Position numbers and translations under genes: made by a program. From assembly GCF_902459465.1 (NCBI RefSeq), contig NC_047072.1, positions 15,066,001 through 15,130,000 of the forward strand: a DNA stretch of 64,000 nt. The letters are read 5' to 3'. The stretch's first letter is position 1. Every line of letters starts with the position of its first letter. Shown one piece after another: positions 1 through 11,437 of the stretch. The notes under the pieces are model-generated. The model did not search any database and had not been told where the DNA came from. It saw only the letters and a list, made by a program, of their open reading frames with translations. This DNA is from Asterias rubens. Taxonomy: Eukaryota.

Positions 1-399
1 ACAGGACAAGGGTCTAGCATTGCTCTTGGTTGATCAGTCTAATAACTGAGAATCAACATTCTGACTAAGAAGCTTGCAGTCCATTTAATAACTATTTAGT
101 TGCTATGACCACTGGTAGATTTGTGTACAGTACACACCCTAGCCATTATGCAAACCAATCTAATATCTTCTATATTCAGAATTACTATCCAAAATCACTA
201 TGGTATTCAAATTCTAAATTTTCAGGCAATCTAATGGCCTTGTTGACAAAAGCAACTGCTAGATGCAACTATTTTTTATATTTCATCAATCTGAATCTTG
301 ATGCTCGAGTATGTAATGCTGGGTATATTCCTGTAAATGGACTATATTACTGCTTTTCCTGTTCAAAACCAACTCCCTACATTTCATTGTATCCACTCA

Positions 400-1150
400 T
401 TCAACAGGTCAAACTTATGTCTTCATTACAGTGTGCGTTTCTCATTATAACTTCAAATCTAGCCGTTTACATTACATTGCACCTGCTCCTTCAACAGGTC
501 AAACCCATTCCTCGATTACAGGGTACCTTTTTTATACCTTCAATCTACTACTTTCCAGTGCATTGAGTCCAAACCTACATGTACATGTATTCCTTCATTG
601 CAGAATACCTTTTCCTTAGTACCTTCCACTCTACCCCTTGACATTACATTGAACCTACTCCTTCATCAGGTCAAACCCATTCCTCCATTACAGGGTACCT
701 TTTTCATACCTTCAATCTACTACTTTCCAGTGCATTGAGTCCAAACCTACATGTACATGTATTCCTTCATTGCAGAATACCTTTTCCTTAGTACCTTCCA
801 CTCTACCCCTTGACATTACATTGAACCTACTCCTTCATCAGGTCAAACCCCATTCCTTCATTACAGGGTACCCTTTCCTTTGTTCCTTCAATCTACTACT
901 TTTCAGTACATTTTGCCTACTCCTTCATCAGGTCAAACCTAATCCTTCGTAACAGTGACCTTTTCCATAATACCTTCAAATTTACTCCTTTTCAAAACTT
1001 ACTCTTTCATTAATTGTACCCTTTCCTTTGTACCTTCAATATACTACTTTTCAGTACATTTTGCCTACTCCTTCATCAGGTCAAACCTATTCCTTGATTT
1101 CATCGTACCTCTACCTTTATACCTTCAAATCTACTACTTTTACAGTTATT
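400..1150. repeat. Degenerate higher-order minisatellite (~172-bp period built from shorter subunits)
   Basis: Motif tccttca(t/a)caggtcaaacc recurs at about 488, 659, 831, 918 and 1068, with a near-perfect 172-bp duplication between about 488 and 860. It explains the spurious ORFs at 105-1390. Confidence 0.85.
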
Positions 1151-1564
1151 ACTGTGTACCTTTTCCGCTTTATCTTGAACTTATTCCTTCATGGCACTGT
1201 TTTCTCCTCCCATATAACCTATTTCACTTTATATTACATCAAACTTATTCCTTCAGTAGTCTTCAAGACTGTGCATTTTTATGGGGATTATATGACATTG
1301 CACCTCCTCAATGATTCCTTCATAACTAATGCACAATTACACAGACCAATTCCTCCATACAATCTAGCCCTTTTCTGGATTAACATCTGATCAATTTCAC
1401 ACAGGTAACATTGTAACCATTATGATTCGTACATTAATTATCATACATGTTTATATTCAAAAATATTCAGAACACATATCTGAACAATTAATAGAGCCAG
1501 TACACAAAATATACAAAATGCTTGTATAGAGTTTTCAGTCTCTTTTCTTAATAAACAATCTTAC

Positions 1565-4500
1565 CTTTTCACATAGATCAGAGAATGAAAAGCTTGCAAT
1601 TCTTCCACATGCTATCGGTATTTTCAATTCCCTGCCCATAAGATGGATGGTTCTACTATGTATAACTGAAACAAAGAGACAAGAAAACAAGATTTGGGGT
1701 CAATGCCAAAGATCTAAGACCAAACAGGAAGCTTAAATAACATACATCAGTACAGCACCAGTGTCCCTCAGGAAGCTTAAATAACATACATCAGTACAGC
1801 ACCAGTGTCCCTCATTTTTGTGGCTCCATGGTCCTAAACATTGATAATAATATTACTAATTAGTTCTTATTTAGCGCATTTGACAAACCAATGCACTTTA
1901 CATAAGTGCACTGGTAGTTGGACCAATAACATTCCTGTAATCTTTTTCAGCTCTCTGGAGAGTACATGTATACAGCCCTGGCTGCCGTGGTGATCAGAAG
2001 GCATTTTTAAACCGAGTATCAACCTCTACCATCGCAGGACCCATTTATACCCCTAGGAGAAGACACAAGTCTCATGAGGGAGAATCAAACCCACACCCCA
2101 ATGACTAACAATCACAACTTAAGTCCAGTGCGCTACACGACTTGGCCATGACACATCAACTATTGGTCTCATCACTAGACTGTTTATTTTATTCCTTGAA
2201 CCATCTCAGTTCCCTGTGGAGTCAAAGTCTGTGCTCATGCTGCCGAGTATGTGACAACAAATCACAGTCATAATCTGCCCTTATATGTACCCATTTACTC
2301 CTGGGTGGAAAGAAGAAATTGCAGTCAAATGTTTGTTCAGGGGACACAAGTATCATGACTTTAGTTCCATGAGCTCATATTGTCTGCCATGTCTTACCAG
2401 CATCCTCTTTCTGGGCCAAGCTGTCAAATATTCTCTCCATTTCTTCATCAGCATTGCACTTACTCTTCACAAAGAATACTTGGCCTCTTTCAATAGCATC
2501 TAAAACACATAATCGATATACAATCTGTAAATACATTGTTATAATATGATCTGTCCTTTTCCTGCACGAAATTTCAAGAAATGTGTTTGCTTCTAACAAA
2601 AGCACTTCACTTTTACTTCTTAACATGTAGCTAATGGTATTAAGTTAAATGATGGTTTTTTCATTCATACATTAGCTTGGCTATAACTTGCCTAGACAAT
2701 AGTAAAATGTTACTAAGGAAAAGCAACTTACCTAATTTTCTATAATCAATGCCAGAGTCTAGTTGAAGCTTATTACAATGACGCTGAAAATAACAAAAGT
2801 ACAGAAACTGATCAATGTATGTCTTGCATTGTGGCTGAGTGGTTTGGTGCACCGTCTCAAGTTCTGGGTTCGAATCCCAGTTACGCCACTTGAATCCTTG
2901 GGCAAAACACCCAACTTACTTCTCATTGCCCAGGAGGAGGAAGTTGGGTTCATGAGACATGCATGCGAGGCTAGAGATTGTAGGTGTGTATGTTTAAGCA
3001 ACCTGTCCACCCATTGGGCTGCCGGTGCTGCATATTCCAAAGGAGGAGTTGAGATGGTTTCAGGAATGTTTCAGGATCAATGAATGGAGATCATAAAGCC
3101 ATTGATACACTAATGCATGCGAGGCTAGAGATTGTAGGTGTGAATGTTTAAGCAACCTGTCCACCCATTGGGCTGCCGGTGCTGCATACTGCAAAGGAGG
3201 AATTGAGATGGTTTCAGGAATGTTTCAGGATCAATGAATGGAGATCATAAAGCCATTGATACACTAATGCATGCGAGGCTAGAGATTGTAGGTGTGAATG
3301 TTTAAGCAATCTGTCCACCCATTGGGCTGCCGGTGCTGCATACTTCAAAGGAGTTGAGATGGTTTCAGGAATGTTTCAGGATCAATGAATGGAGATCATA
3401 AAGCCATTGATACACTAATGCATGCGAGGCTAGAGATTGTAGGTGTGAATGTTTAAGCAATCTGTCCACCCATTGGGCTGCCGGTGCTGCATACTTCAAA
3501 GGAGTTGAGATGGTTTCAGGAATGTTTCATGTCAAAAAGAACAAAGTTGCATTTTCATACAATTGGCTATAAATCACCTAAAATAGAAGGGTAAGCCTAT
3601 CTTTTGATAGTGCAGCAAAATCATCAACTGTTTGATATTTATGATGAGTTTATCAACCCCCTCCTTCCTCATAGTGCTGACTTATTACCTTTAATATTTC
3701 AATAAAAGGAACAAAATTACTGCGTTGAAGTCCGTTCTTGTACAAGTCATCCGGCTCTCTGTTAGATGTTGCCACAACAACAACTCCATTGTCAAACAAC
3801 TCAGTAAACAGTCTCTTTAGGATCATGGCATCTGCTATATCAGTCACCTGCAAACATGGAGTGTACGAGATCTTTTATTAGAAAAAAGGTATCAGCGAAT
3901 ATTAATTCTTTTATTTATCACAACTTTACTTAAGAAAAATTTTGTATTACATACACAACAAAATGAGGTAATCAGCGACAAAATGAAAGTAACAAATCAA
4001 TGTTTGGAGAAGTACACAAGTAAGCTCATGTAAAGAGCATTACAGATTAAATTTCAAATAATGCAATACATTTTGAGATCACAAGCAATAAATATGCAAG
4101 AGAGGAATGTCAACACATTCATCAAATGTGTAGGATAAAATTTGCAGTAGACTTATAGAGAAATGAAGGACATTGCACAAAATATACCAGTATTAGAAAG
4201 TTACCAATGGTCATAACTTTGAAAATCCATTGCAAAACACAACTCAATCATTCATGTTGCATGACAACATTCATCAAATATGTTTCTATATATTGTGAAA
4301 GAAAGCCAATAACAAATAATATTAAAAATACAAACACCATCAGTGTAACAAAATAAGAACAGCTGATGTATTCAATGAAGGGAACAAAATACAATAAGTA
4401 AAATCAATACAGTTCCACAATCCACATCGCAATTAAATTCACGAAGGAGGGACAAAAATAATATTAAACAATGTAAACACATAATGTAATAACAGGAGAC

Positions 4501-6624
4501 TTTTGATTGCTAGGTTGCAACAGACTTACCAGGTAAATTCATTTGCTTTTGTTGTTTAAAGCATGTTCACATTTCCAAGAACAAGGTATTTACCTGGCAA
4601 GTCTGCTGCCACCTAGAGTCCACAGAAGTTTCCCATTGAATGTTGTCTGTCATGTAAGAAGACCCGATAGCAATCAGAAACTGGATGTGTTCATCATGCT
4701 AAGCAAGCACATCTCAAAGTCAGTGGACACTTTTGGTAATTTCTCAAAATATTTATTAGCATAAAACCTTACTTGGTAACAAGTAATGGGGAGCTGTTGA
4801 TGTGAAATGGCTCCCTCTGAAGTTAGAATTTGAGGTCTCGAAATCAAGTATCTGAAAGCCTGAAGTACTGAGTATACAGTGCTACACACATCGGTGTATA
4901 TGGGTAAAACCAAAAATTAATATCTGAAAGCCAAAAATTTGATTAGACCACAGAAATAGATTTCGTGTGACAAGGGTGCTTTTTCTTTCATTATTATCTC
5001 GCAAGTTCAACGACCGATTGAGCTCAAATTTTCACAGGTTTGTTATTTTATGCATATGTTGAGATACACCAAGTGAGAAGACAAGTCTTTGACAATTACC
5101 AATAGTGTCCAGTGTCTTTAATTAACAGGGCATTTCACAAAGATTACCTGGTAGAAAAGGTCATACAAAAGTCTTACCTGGAACTCATCAAAGCAGAGTA
5201 GCCATGTTTCACTACTGATATCCTTAGCTACAGGTGAGATAGGGTCAAAGGGACGAGGCTTGTGACTGTCATGATTCCTGGGGATCTGTCTCTTCACTTC
5301 ATGAATTCCTTGGAGGAGAAGATGTAAAATACTGGATGAACAATTTAGAGTAAAGATGGATTGCTCATCATGTGACTGACCACTATCATTAATGAAACAT
5401 GAATGCATGAAAGGCTATCATTGGCTGAGAGCTGCGTGCAGTGCGTACATGTATGCACTTTTCTATTGTTTATCACCAAGTATGGCGATGGATGACGCTT
5501 AGTGCAACCCATATAAAACTACCGTTTGACTTCAAGAAATGTTTCATTTGGTTGAAAAATGGCATAAAGGTAAACACTTACAAATATCTGATGAAGTCAC
5601 ACTAATTTTGTACAAAAGAGTCAAGTCATTCCTTTCAAGATCGTTTTATGCTGAAGAAGAGAGTTACTTACTGGAATGAACATCTAGCATGAAGGAGTTG
5701 AAGTGAGCCCTCTTCTTCCGGTCGACTTTTACATCTTGATAGAATAGGTCCATTAGCATCGTCTTGCCTGATCCTACACTGCCATGCAGATATAAACCTT
5801 TGGGTCCAGCACCTGGAGCTTTTCCCAATAACTACAAAAACAAGACAAAGTATTGACATTTACTTTAATGAAGTTACTTCCCTCGGTATCTGCTATTGAT
5901 TGTCAATACTACACGGCAAACACAATATAATATTTCCTGTGTTTCTTATTACAGAGAAACAATTGGCCAAAATCCTTTACTTGAAAATTGATTTCCTACA
6001 CAACAAAACATTGATATAACTATACATTTCTCAGCAATGAGGCTCCAAATGCTTCCTAAGTTGCTTATTGCAGGATAAATATGTACCTTGTTGAAGAAGC
6101 CAGGCTCAGTTGGCCGATATCCTGATATCTTGTCAAATAAATCTTGTAGACTTTTGACTATCGTCCTCTGATGGTCATCATCATTGAGTTCACCTTGATG
6201 TATTAAGCTGTCATATGCAGACAGGGGACCTGGTCTTTCTTGTCTTTTCACACGGCTTGTCTTACTGCTTAGGTGCTGGGTGTACGTTATGTTTTCCGAT
6301 GAGATTGTCTCACTGAAGTATGTGGATGCTGATCAAAAAGAAAAACAAGTAATATGAAAATTTCAAATATATACTGACATCCTATTGCTTTGTTATTATC
6401 AACAATCACATGAAATAGCTTGTTGGCTACTACAGGAAACTGAAAAACAATAATCAAGACTCACTAGCTGTTCTTGAAGAATTAGTTGTTGTACTTTTTA
6501 GTCGGCAACCAGTACAGATGCTTACAGTCCGATGTGGAAGCCTAGCTTTTTGAAACAATCCTCTGCACAGAACTGGAGAAGCTGAAGGCTGCAAGATCAT
6601 AACTTCTTTAACGGCGTTGAGCAT
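1565..6624 (-). CDS. AFG1L: AFG1-like mitochondrial AAA+ ATPase (LACE1), 3'-partial; 8 coding exons in window
   Basis: Exons 6465-6624, 6087-6328, 5672-5831, 5178-5308, 3689-3847, 2732-2783, 2398-2499, 1565-1665, all GT-AG with matching phases. Walker [14 protein letters not shown], Walker B LLCFDEFQ, family motifs [40 protein letters not shown]-terminus is R/K/S-rich like a mitochondrial presequence, with an in-frame stop upstream of the ATG at 6624. Remaining exons lie left of the window. Confidence 0.95.
1725..1814. repeat. 44-bp tandem duplication
   Basis: caggaagcttaaataacatacatcagtacagcaccagtgtccct occurs twice, at 1725 and 1769. Confidence 0.9.
1858..2154 (-). mobile_element. tRNA-derived SINE (intronic in AFG1L)
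   Basis: Minus strand begins with a degenerate tRNA head (tggccaagtcg...gtgggtttgattctccc), then body ggggtataaatggg...gggctgtatac...caggaatgtt and an AT-rich tail. Confidence 0.7.
2825..3110 (+). mobile_element. tRNA-derived SINE
   Basis: A box tggctgagtgg (2832), B box ggttcgaatcc (2867), CORE-like tccttgggcaaaacac, 3' body gggctgc...gagttgagatggtttcaggaatg. Confidence 0.75.
2959..3529. repeat. Tandem array of the SINE 3' half, ~3.7 copies of 151-154 bp
   Basis: Units start atgcatgcgaggctagag at 2959, 3113, 3267 and 3418. Confidence 0.92.
4713..5121 (+). mobile_element. TTAA-flanked MITE family A (Kolobok-type), internally deleted and carrying a 60-bp insertion
   Basis: Ends aaagtcagtggacac...aattaccaatagtgtccagtgtctttaa. 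Body matches the copies at 9941, 60038 and 62581. Confidence 0.85.
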
Positions 6625-8307
6625 ATTGACATCTGACTTCTTGCCCTATTCTTTTATTATGTTGCTACTGGATTGATATTTACCCTCCACATATCCAAAT
6701 TGTTCAGCAATACTAGCACTGTACAGGCTACCCCAATTAGCTTATACAACTAATCTCATCGGATGTTCATGTACCTGCAGGAAAGTTAAAAAGAAATTGC
6801 ACAGTTGAATCAATAGTTTTATTTATTGTGTTGATGACATTGGTTCGTAGATTGCACAGTGTAAGTTTACACAATACTTTAACCACAACTGTCATCAGTG
6901 TAGAAAGACCCAGTTACTCAGGCGCTGTACTTTCTTTTTCAAAATTGTTCACTACGACTGATATTGACAAATTAAATAAAAAAGGAGTACAGCGGCCAAA
7001 TCACCAACAGCAGGAGCATAAACTGAAATTCTCCAGATAGGTGGGCTTCACTTAAAACCCAGCAACTTGGGCGCTGTACTCCTTTTTTCGAAATTTGTCA
7101 TTTACGACGGATAACGACAAATTTCGAAAAAAGGAGTAATTTAATTATCGGTCTAATTAGTTACTGATAAAATAAGACCGATAATTTGACAAATTAAAAA
7201 AAAAGGAGTGCAGCGCCCCAGTTACTTGGTCTAGGCTTCACTCCTATCCGGAAAGGAAAAATCAGCTATGTTTCTACAAAACTAAATCTTCCTTCCTGAA
7301 CTCCATGGTGTTACTGAAAATTTGAAAGCTCAAAGTGTTATCATCTCTAGTGTTATTTACTTTTTATAAAGTATGATGACTTTTGGGACAGTTGCTTAGT
7401 TACTTTAGTTAGATAGTAGTTTGCATAACCAGATAACTACTTCAGAACTAAAGCCAATTTCACATATTTAAAAAAAATAATTCATGAGTTAAGATGTAGG
7501 TCCCTTTGATTGAGTCATCAATCATGGAGTATGTAGAGAATTTTTGAATATTTTACAAAAATAAATATTATAATTATAAGAAATATTCTTCCTCCATCCA
7601 TGCTACGCAAGATAAGAACTTTATTATCCCACACTGGGGAAATTAAAAGCTTTAATCTTATTCATCCATGCTTTAATTAACAACTTTTTAGTCAACTCAA
7701 TTACAATGGCCATAAATCATGGGGAATGTCAATGGATGATGTAATTAGTAGTAACTATTAGTAGTAAATTACTAATTGTAACAACACAAAACTTACAAAC
7801 AACTAAACTTGACGTTTTCAATACATAGTAAAAGTAACACCTCACCTTTAGAGACTACTCTAACGAACAAAGCATGGAAAATGCCTTGTTTATGAGTCAC
7901 AAGTCTTCCAAAAAATACCACAAAAGATGCAGAAATGAAATAAACTATTCACCGGTACAGAAAATGGACACATTGCGGTAAAGCAAATGAAAGGTCAAAA
8001 GGTTGAACAACTTGAACCAGTCAACTTCTGAAAAGGGTTACTTTTTTGTAAATACATTTCAAAATGCATTACTTGTTTTATTCAAGCACACACAAAAAGT
8101 GAACAAATAAATCAATTTCTGATAAAAATATATTTCATAACATTGGTTTTAGTATTTTCATGGACATATCATTCGTTTACATCCATCCTGTTTCCCCTTT
8201 CTCATGTTATACTTTGACAAGACCCCTATGAGGAAAATGGAGAGCGCCGCTACTAAATTTTACGTTGCATTCAGCAAAAATAAGTTCATTGCACTTTAAT
8301 TTTCAGC
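6625..8307. promoter_or_regulatory. Divergent promoter / 5'-UTR region shared by AFG1L and SNX3
   Basis: Start codons point away from each other 1.7 kb apart. Acceptor-like sites at 6774 (minus) and just before the SNX3 ATG suggest untranslated first exons. TSS not determinable. Confidence 0.6.
6921..7219. repeat. Two adjacent short palindromic (hairpin) repeats
   Basis: gcgctgtact(c)ctttt...aaaaaggagt(a/g)cagcg at 6921-6997 and 7069-7219. The second has an internal duplicated arm. Confidence 0.75.
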
Positions 8308-11300
8308 ATGGCGGACGAAAGTGAGAAGGCAGCAGCCGCAGCCGCAGCAAACGCCGATACACGGCGCCTTGGGGCGAAGAAACAAACCCTAGACGACGCG
8401 TATGCTGTACCAGCAAACTTCCTTGAGATAGATTTGTTAAATCCAGAGACACACGGTATCGCAAAGAAGAGATATACCGATTATGAAGTCCGGATGAAGG
8501 TGGGTGTTGTTTTCGTTTTTTAAGTCGTTGACTTTGACCAGGCAGTGCTGTGTGTACGAATCTCCGTCTGTACAATGCAATAAGGGGGTGGTGCCCACTT
8601 TCCGGACGCCGCTATTGATTTCCACATTGCTTGAAGAATGAAGGAAGTTGATGGTGTGTTTACTGTTAGTTATCTAGATCATAGATGCATACAAACTAAA
8701 TGCATTACTTTTACATTCAGTAAAACAGTTGTCAACCCATTTGTGTAGGCCTTTTCACTTTGTTTTGATCATTTTGATTGAGACAGCAAGATCTCAATCA
8801 ACCTATTCTATTCAATCAAGTAAAATGTTGTTTTTTCTTTATATAAGTTATAACCAGCTCAAGTTTTATTGTTATACCTCAGTAACAAATTGTGAAGTTT
8901 TATTGGTCGAGAACCAATCACGTGATAAAATAAAACACAAAGATGCATGTTACATGGCTTGGGGAAGTGGGTAAAATGAAAAGTGATGTACACCGGTGTA
9001 CATTACTTGACACAGTTCCCACCGTTGGTCGATTTTCCAGCGCTGTGTATGAAACACCTGCGGGTTCGAGGGAACAGTAAAGAATAGTTTCTGAACTGTT
9101 CGTCTGCTTATTAAACTATGCATACACCGTCCTAATAATGTTTAAAGATAACAACAGAACATGCAGAAGAGCTTTATCCTTTACGTATAAATGATTTGTA
9201 TTTTTGTATTTTTATGTGAATTGCCAAATAAATAATAATAATAATAATTATAAAAACAATGTTACTAACAAAAATATTGTTGCACGCTGTGACTGGGGTC
9301 CATGGGTTTTGTACATCCTCGGTGGCAAATATGGCACCCTCGGCTTTGCCTTGGGTGTCATTTGCCCCCTCCGGTGTACAAAACGCCAAGGATCCCATCA
9401 CAGCGTGCAGCAATTGTATACTGAACGCCTTCAAGCCAGCATTCTTTTTACTTCTTATAAAATACCACCCCTTTGTGTACACGTGTAAGTTCATGTTTCC
9501 ATTGTTCAGTGACTATTTATCATGGTTCAAAATTGACAAATATACACGAATCGTATCTTTTAGGAAAATTAATTACATTTTAGGCAAACATGTCTTTATA
9601 ACATGAACATTAAAACAATCTCCTTTTTCCCCACAGACTAACCTTCCTGTTTTCAAGCAGAAAGATTCCTCTGTTCGACGGAGATACAGTGATTTTGAGT
9701 GGCTCAGGAATGAGTTAGAAAGAGACAGCAAGGTGTGCCTTGTGTATTTCATTGAAGTAGCAGCTTAAAGGATTTGGGTACTCTTTGTAGGACACACAAC
9801 TGCAATGTCCACAAGTTTACATAAAACTACATGATTTGAAGATAATGATGGTAGAAAGCTTCCCTTAAAATATTAGTTGCTGAGGTGCTGTAGTTTTTTA
9901 AATGACTAAAACAGGTCACAATATTTTAAAGCATGTACAATAAAAGGCAGTGGACACTGTTGGTAATTACTCAAAATAATTATTAGCATAAAACCTTACT
10001 TGGTACATGTATAAAGTAATGGGGAGCTGTTGAAAGTATAAAACATTGTGAGAAACGGCTCCCTCAGAAGTAACGTAGTTTTTTAGAAAGAGGTAATTTT
10101 CCACAAATTTGATTTTGAGACCTCAGAATTAGATTTTGGGGTCTCAAAATCAAGCATATGAAAGCACACAACTTTGTTTGACAAGGGTGTTTTTTCTTTC
10201 ATTATTATCTCGCAACTTTGACGACCAATTGAGTTAAAACTTTCACAGGTTTGTTATTTTATCGTATGTTGAGATACACAGTGCAAGTAAGAAGACTGGT
10301 CTTTGTCAATAACCAGTAGTGTCCAGTGTCCTAAACCAGTTATGGTAGTACCATTAAATACGTTTTACATGCTAAAAGGTGAGACAAAACTTATTTTCGT
10401 GACATTGTTTTTCTCATTTCTCACAAACCACAGCACCTCAGCAAGTAATATCTGAAGAGAAGCTTTCTACTACCATTATCTTCATAACTGTTTAATGTAA
10501 ATACGATGACATTGTGTTTTGTGTTACAAAAAGTACCCAGTTAAAACTGTCAAGTCCACTCTCTGGCTTGTTATCTGAACTTTTTAATAATAATAAAAAT
10601 ACTTGTATAGTGCACATAAGCGAAGTAAACAAAAAACAAATGAAAAGAAAACAAACACAACTATTAGTCCAACCCTGAGTATACAAAACAACTAGGTATC
10701 AACTGGGATTGCATTGCATTCATAATGACATCTACAAATCTATCCAAGCCTTTTTGTTGATGGAATTGAGGCTTGAGTTCCCACAATCAAATTGTTCAGT
10801 CACTTTTTCAAAGAAAGAACTGTAGTGTTTGCTCTTTTTCCCTTTGACTCTTCAATGTAGATGATTTTATTTCAAATTTGAATTTAAAATGGCTCTGTTT
10901 CCTTTTTATAGATTGTAGTTCCACCATTACCAGGTAAAGCATTGAAGTTACAGTTGCCTTTTAGAAACGATGATGGTATTTTTGAAGATGGCTTCATTGA
11001 GAATCGACGTCAGGGCCTTGAGTCATTTATAAACAAGTAAGTACTTTAAATATCCTGTCATCAAAATAATAAGGGTTTTAATGATTTATGGAAATCACTT
11101 TTATCAACTTTGAGAGAGAGAGAGTTTGTGACAGTGTTAAACAGAATACTCCACACATTAGAATTAAGACTTGACAGACAAGTTCAACCGTAGTTGTTTA
11201 GTTTTGAAGCACATACAGTGTATGCCTACAATTGTGTTCAAATAAAGGCAAAACATGGCAAATCTGCAGACAACTTCAGAATTTCTTTTAGAAATGATAA

Positions 11301-11437
11301 ATAATATGACACTTTTCTTTGCACTATTCAGAATTTCAGGCCATCCTCTCGCTCAAAGTGAGCGCTGCCTACACATGTTTCTTCAGGATCCAGTTATAGA
11401 TAAAAACTACGTGGCAGGCAAAATACGCACCACATAG
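8308..11437 (+). CDS. SNX3: Sorting nexin 3/12 orthologue (PX-only), 172 aa, 4 exons
   Basis: Exons 8308-8499, 9637-9732, 10912-11036, 11332-11437 (519 nt, ends TAG). PX motifs NFLEID, VRRRYSDFEWLR, VPPLPGK, HPLAQSERCLHMFLQ. Exon 2-4 sizes 96/125/106 match human SNX3 as I recall it. Poly-Ala N-terminal extension. Confidence 0.97.
9276..9414. repeat. Imperfect ~140-bp palindrome in SNX3 intron 1
   Basis: Arms ttgcacgctgtga..ttttgtaca..ggcaaat..caccc / gggtgtcatttgcc..tgtacaaaa..tcacagcgtgca around a central tcggctttgcc. Confidence 0.75.
9765..10539 (+). mobile_element. TTAA-type MITE family C, interrupted by a nested family-A MITE
   Basis: Left end ttaaaggatttgggtac. Inverted arms gataatgatggtagaaagct / agctttctactaccattatc and ttgctgaggtgctgt / acagcacctcagcaa flank the nested element. 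Right end degenerate (aagtacccag). Confidence 0.65.
9941..10334 (+). mobile_element. TTAA-type MITE family A (nested)
   Basis: taaaaggcagtggacactgttggtaattactcaaaat...agtgtccagtgtcctaa, with the internal palindrome gagacctcagaattagattttgggggtctc. Confidence 0.85.

Noticed and set aside
105-1390. Several long plus-strand ORFs
   Set aside because: Products of the pyrimidine-rich tandem repeat, antisense within an AFG1L intron.
2759-3083. 93-106 aa ORFs on both strands
   Set aside because: They overlap a real AFG1L exon and the SINE. No independent coding signal.
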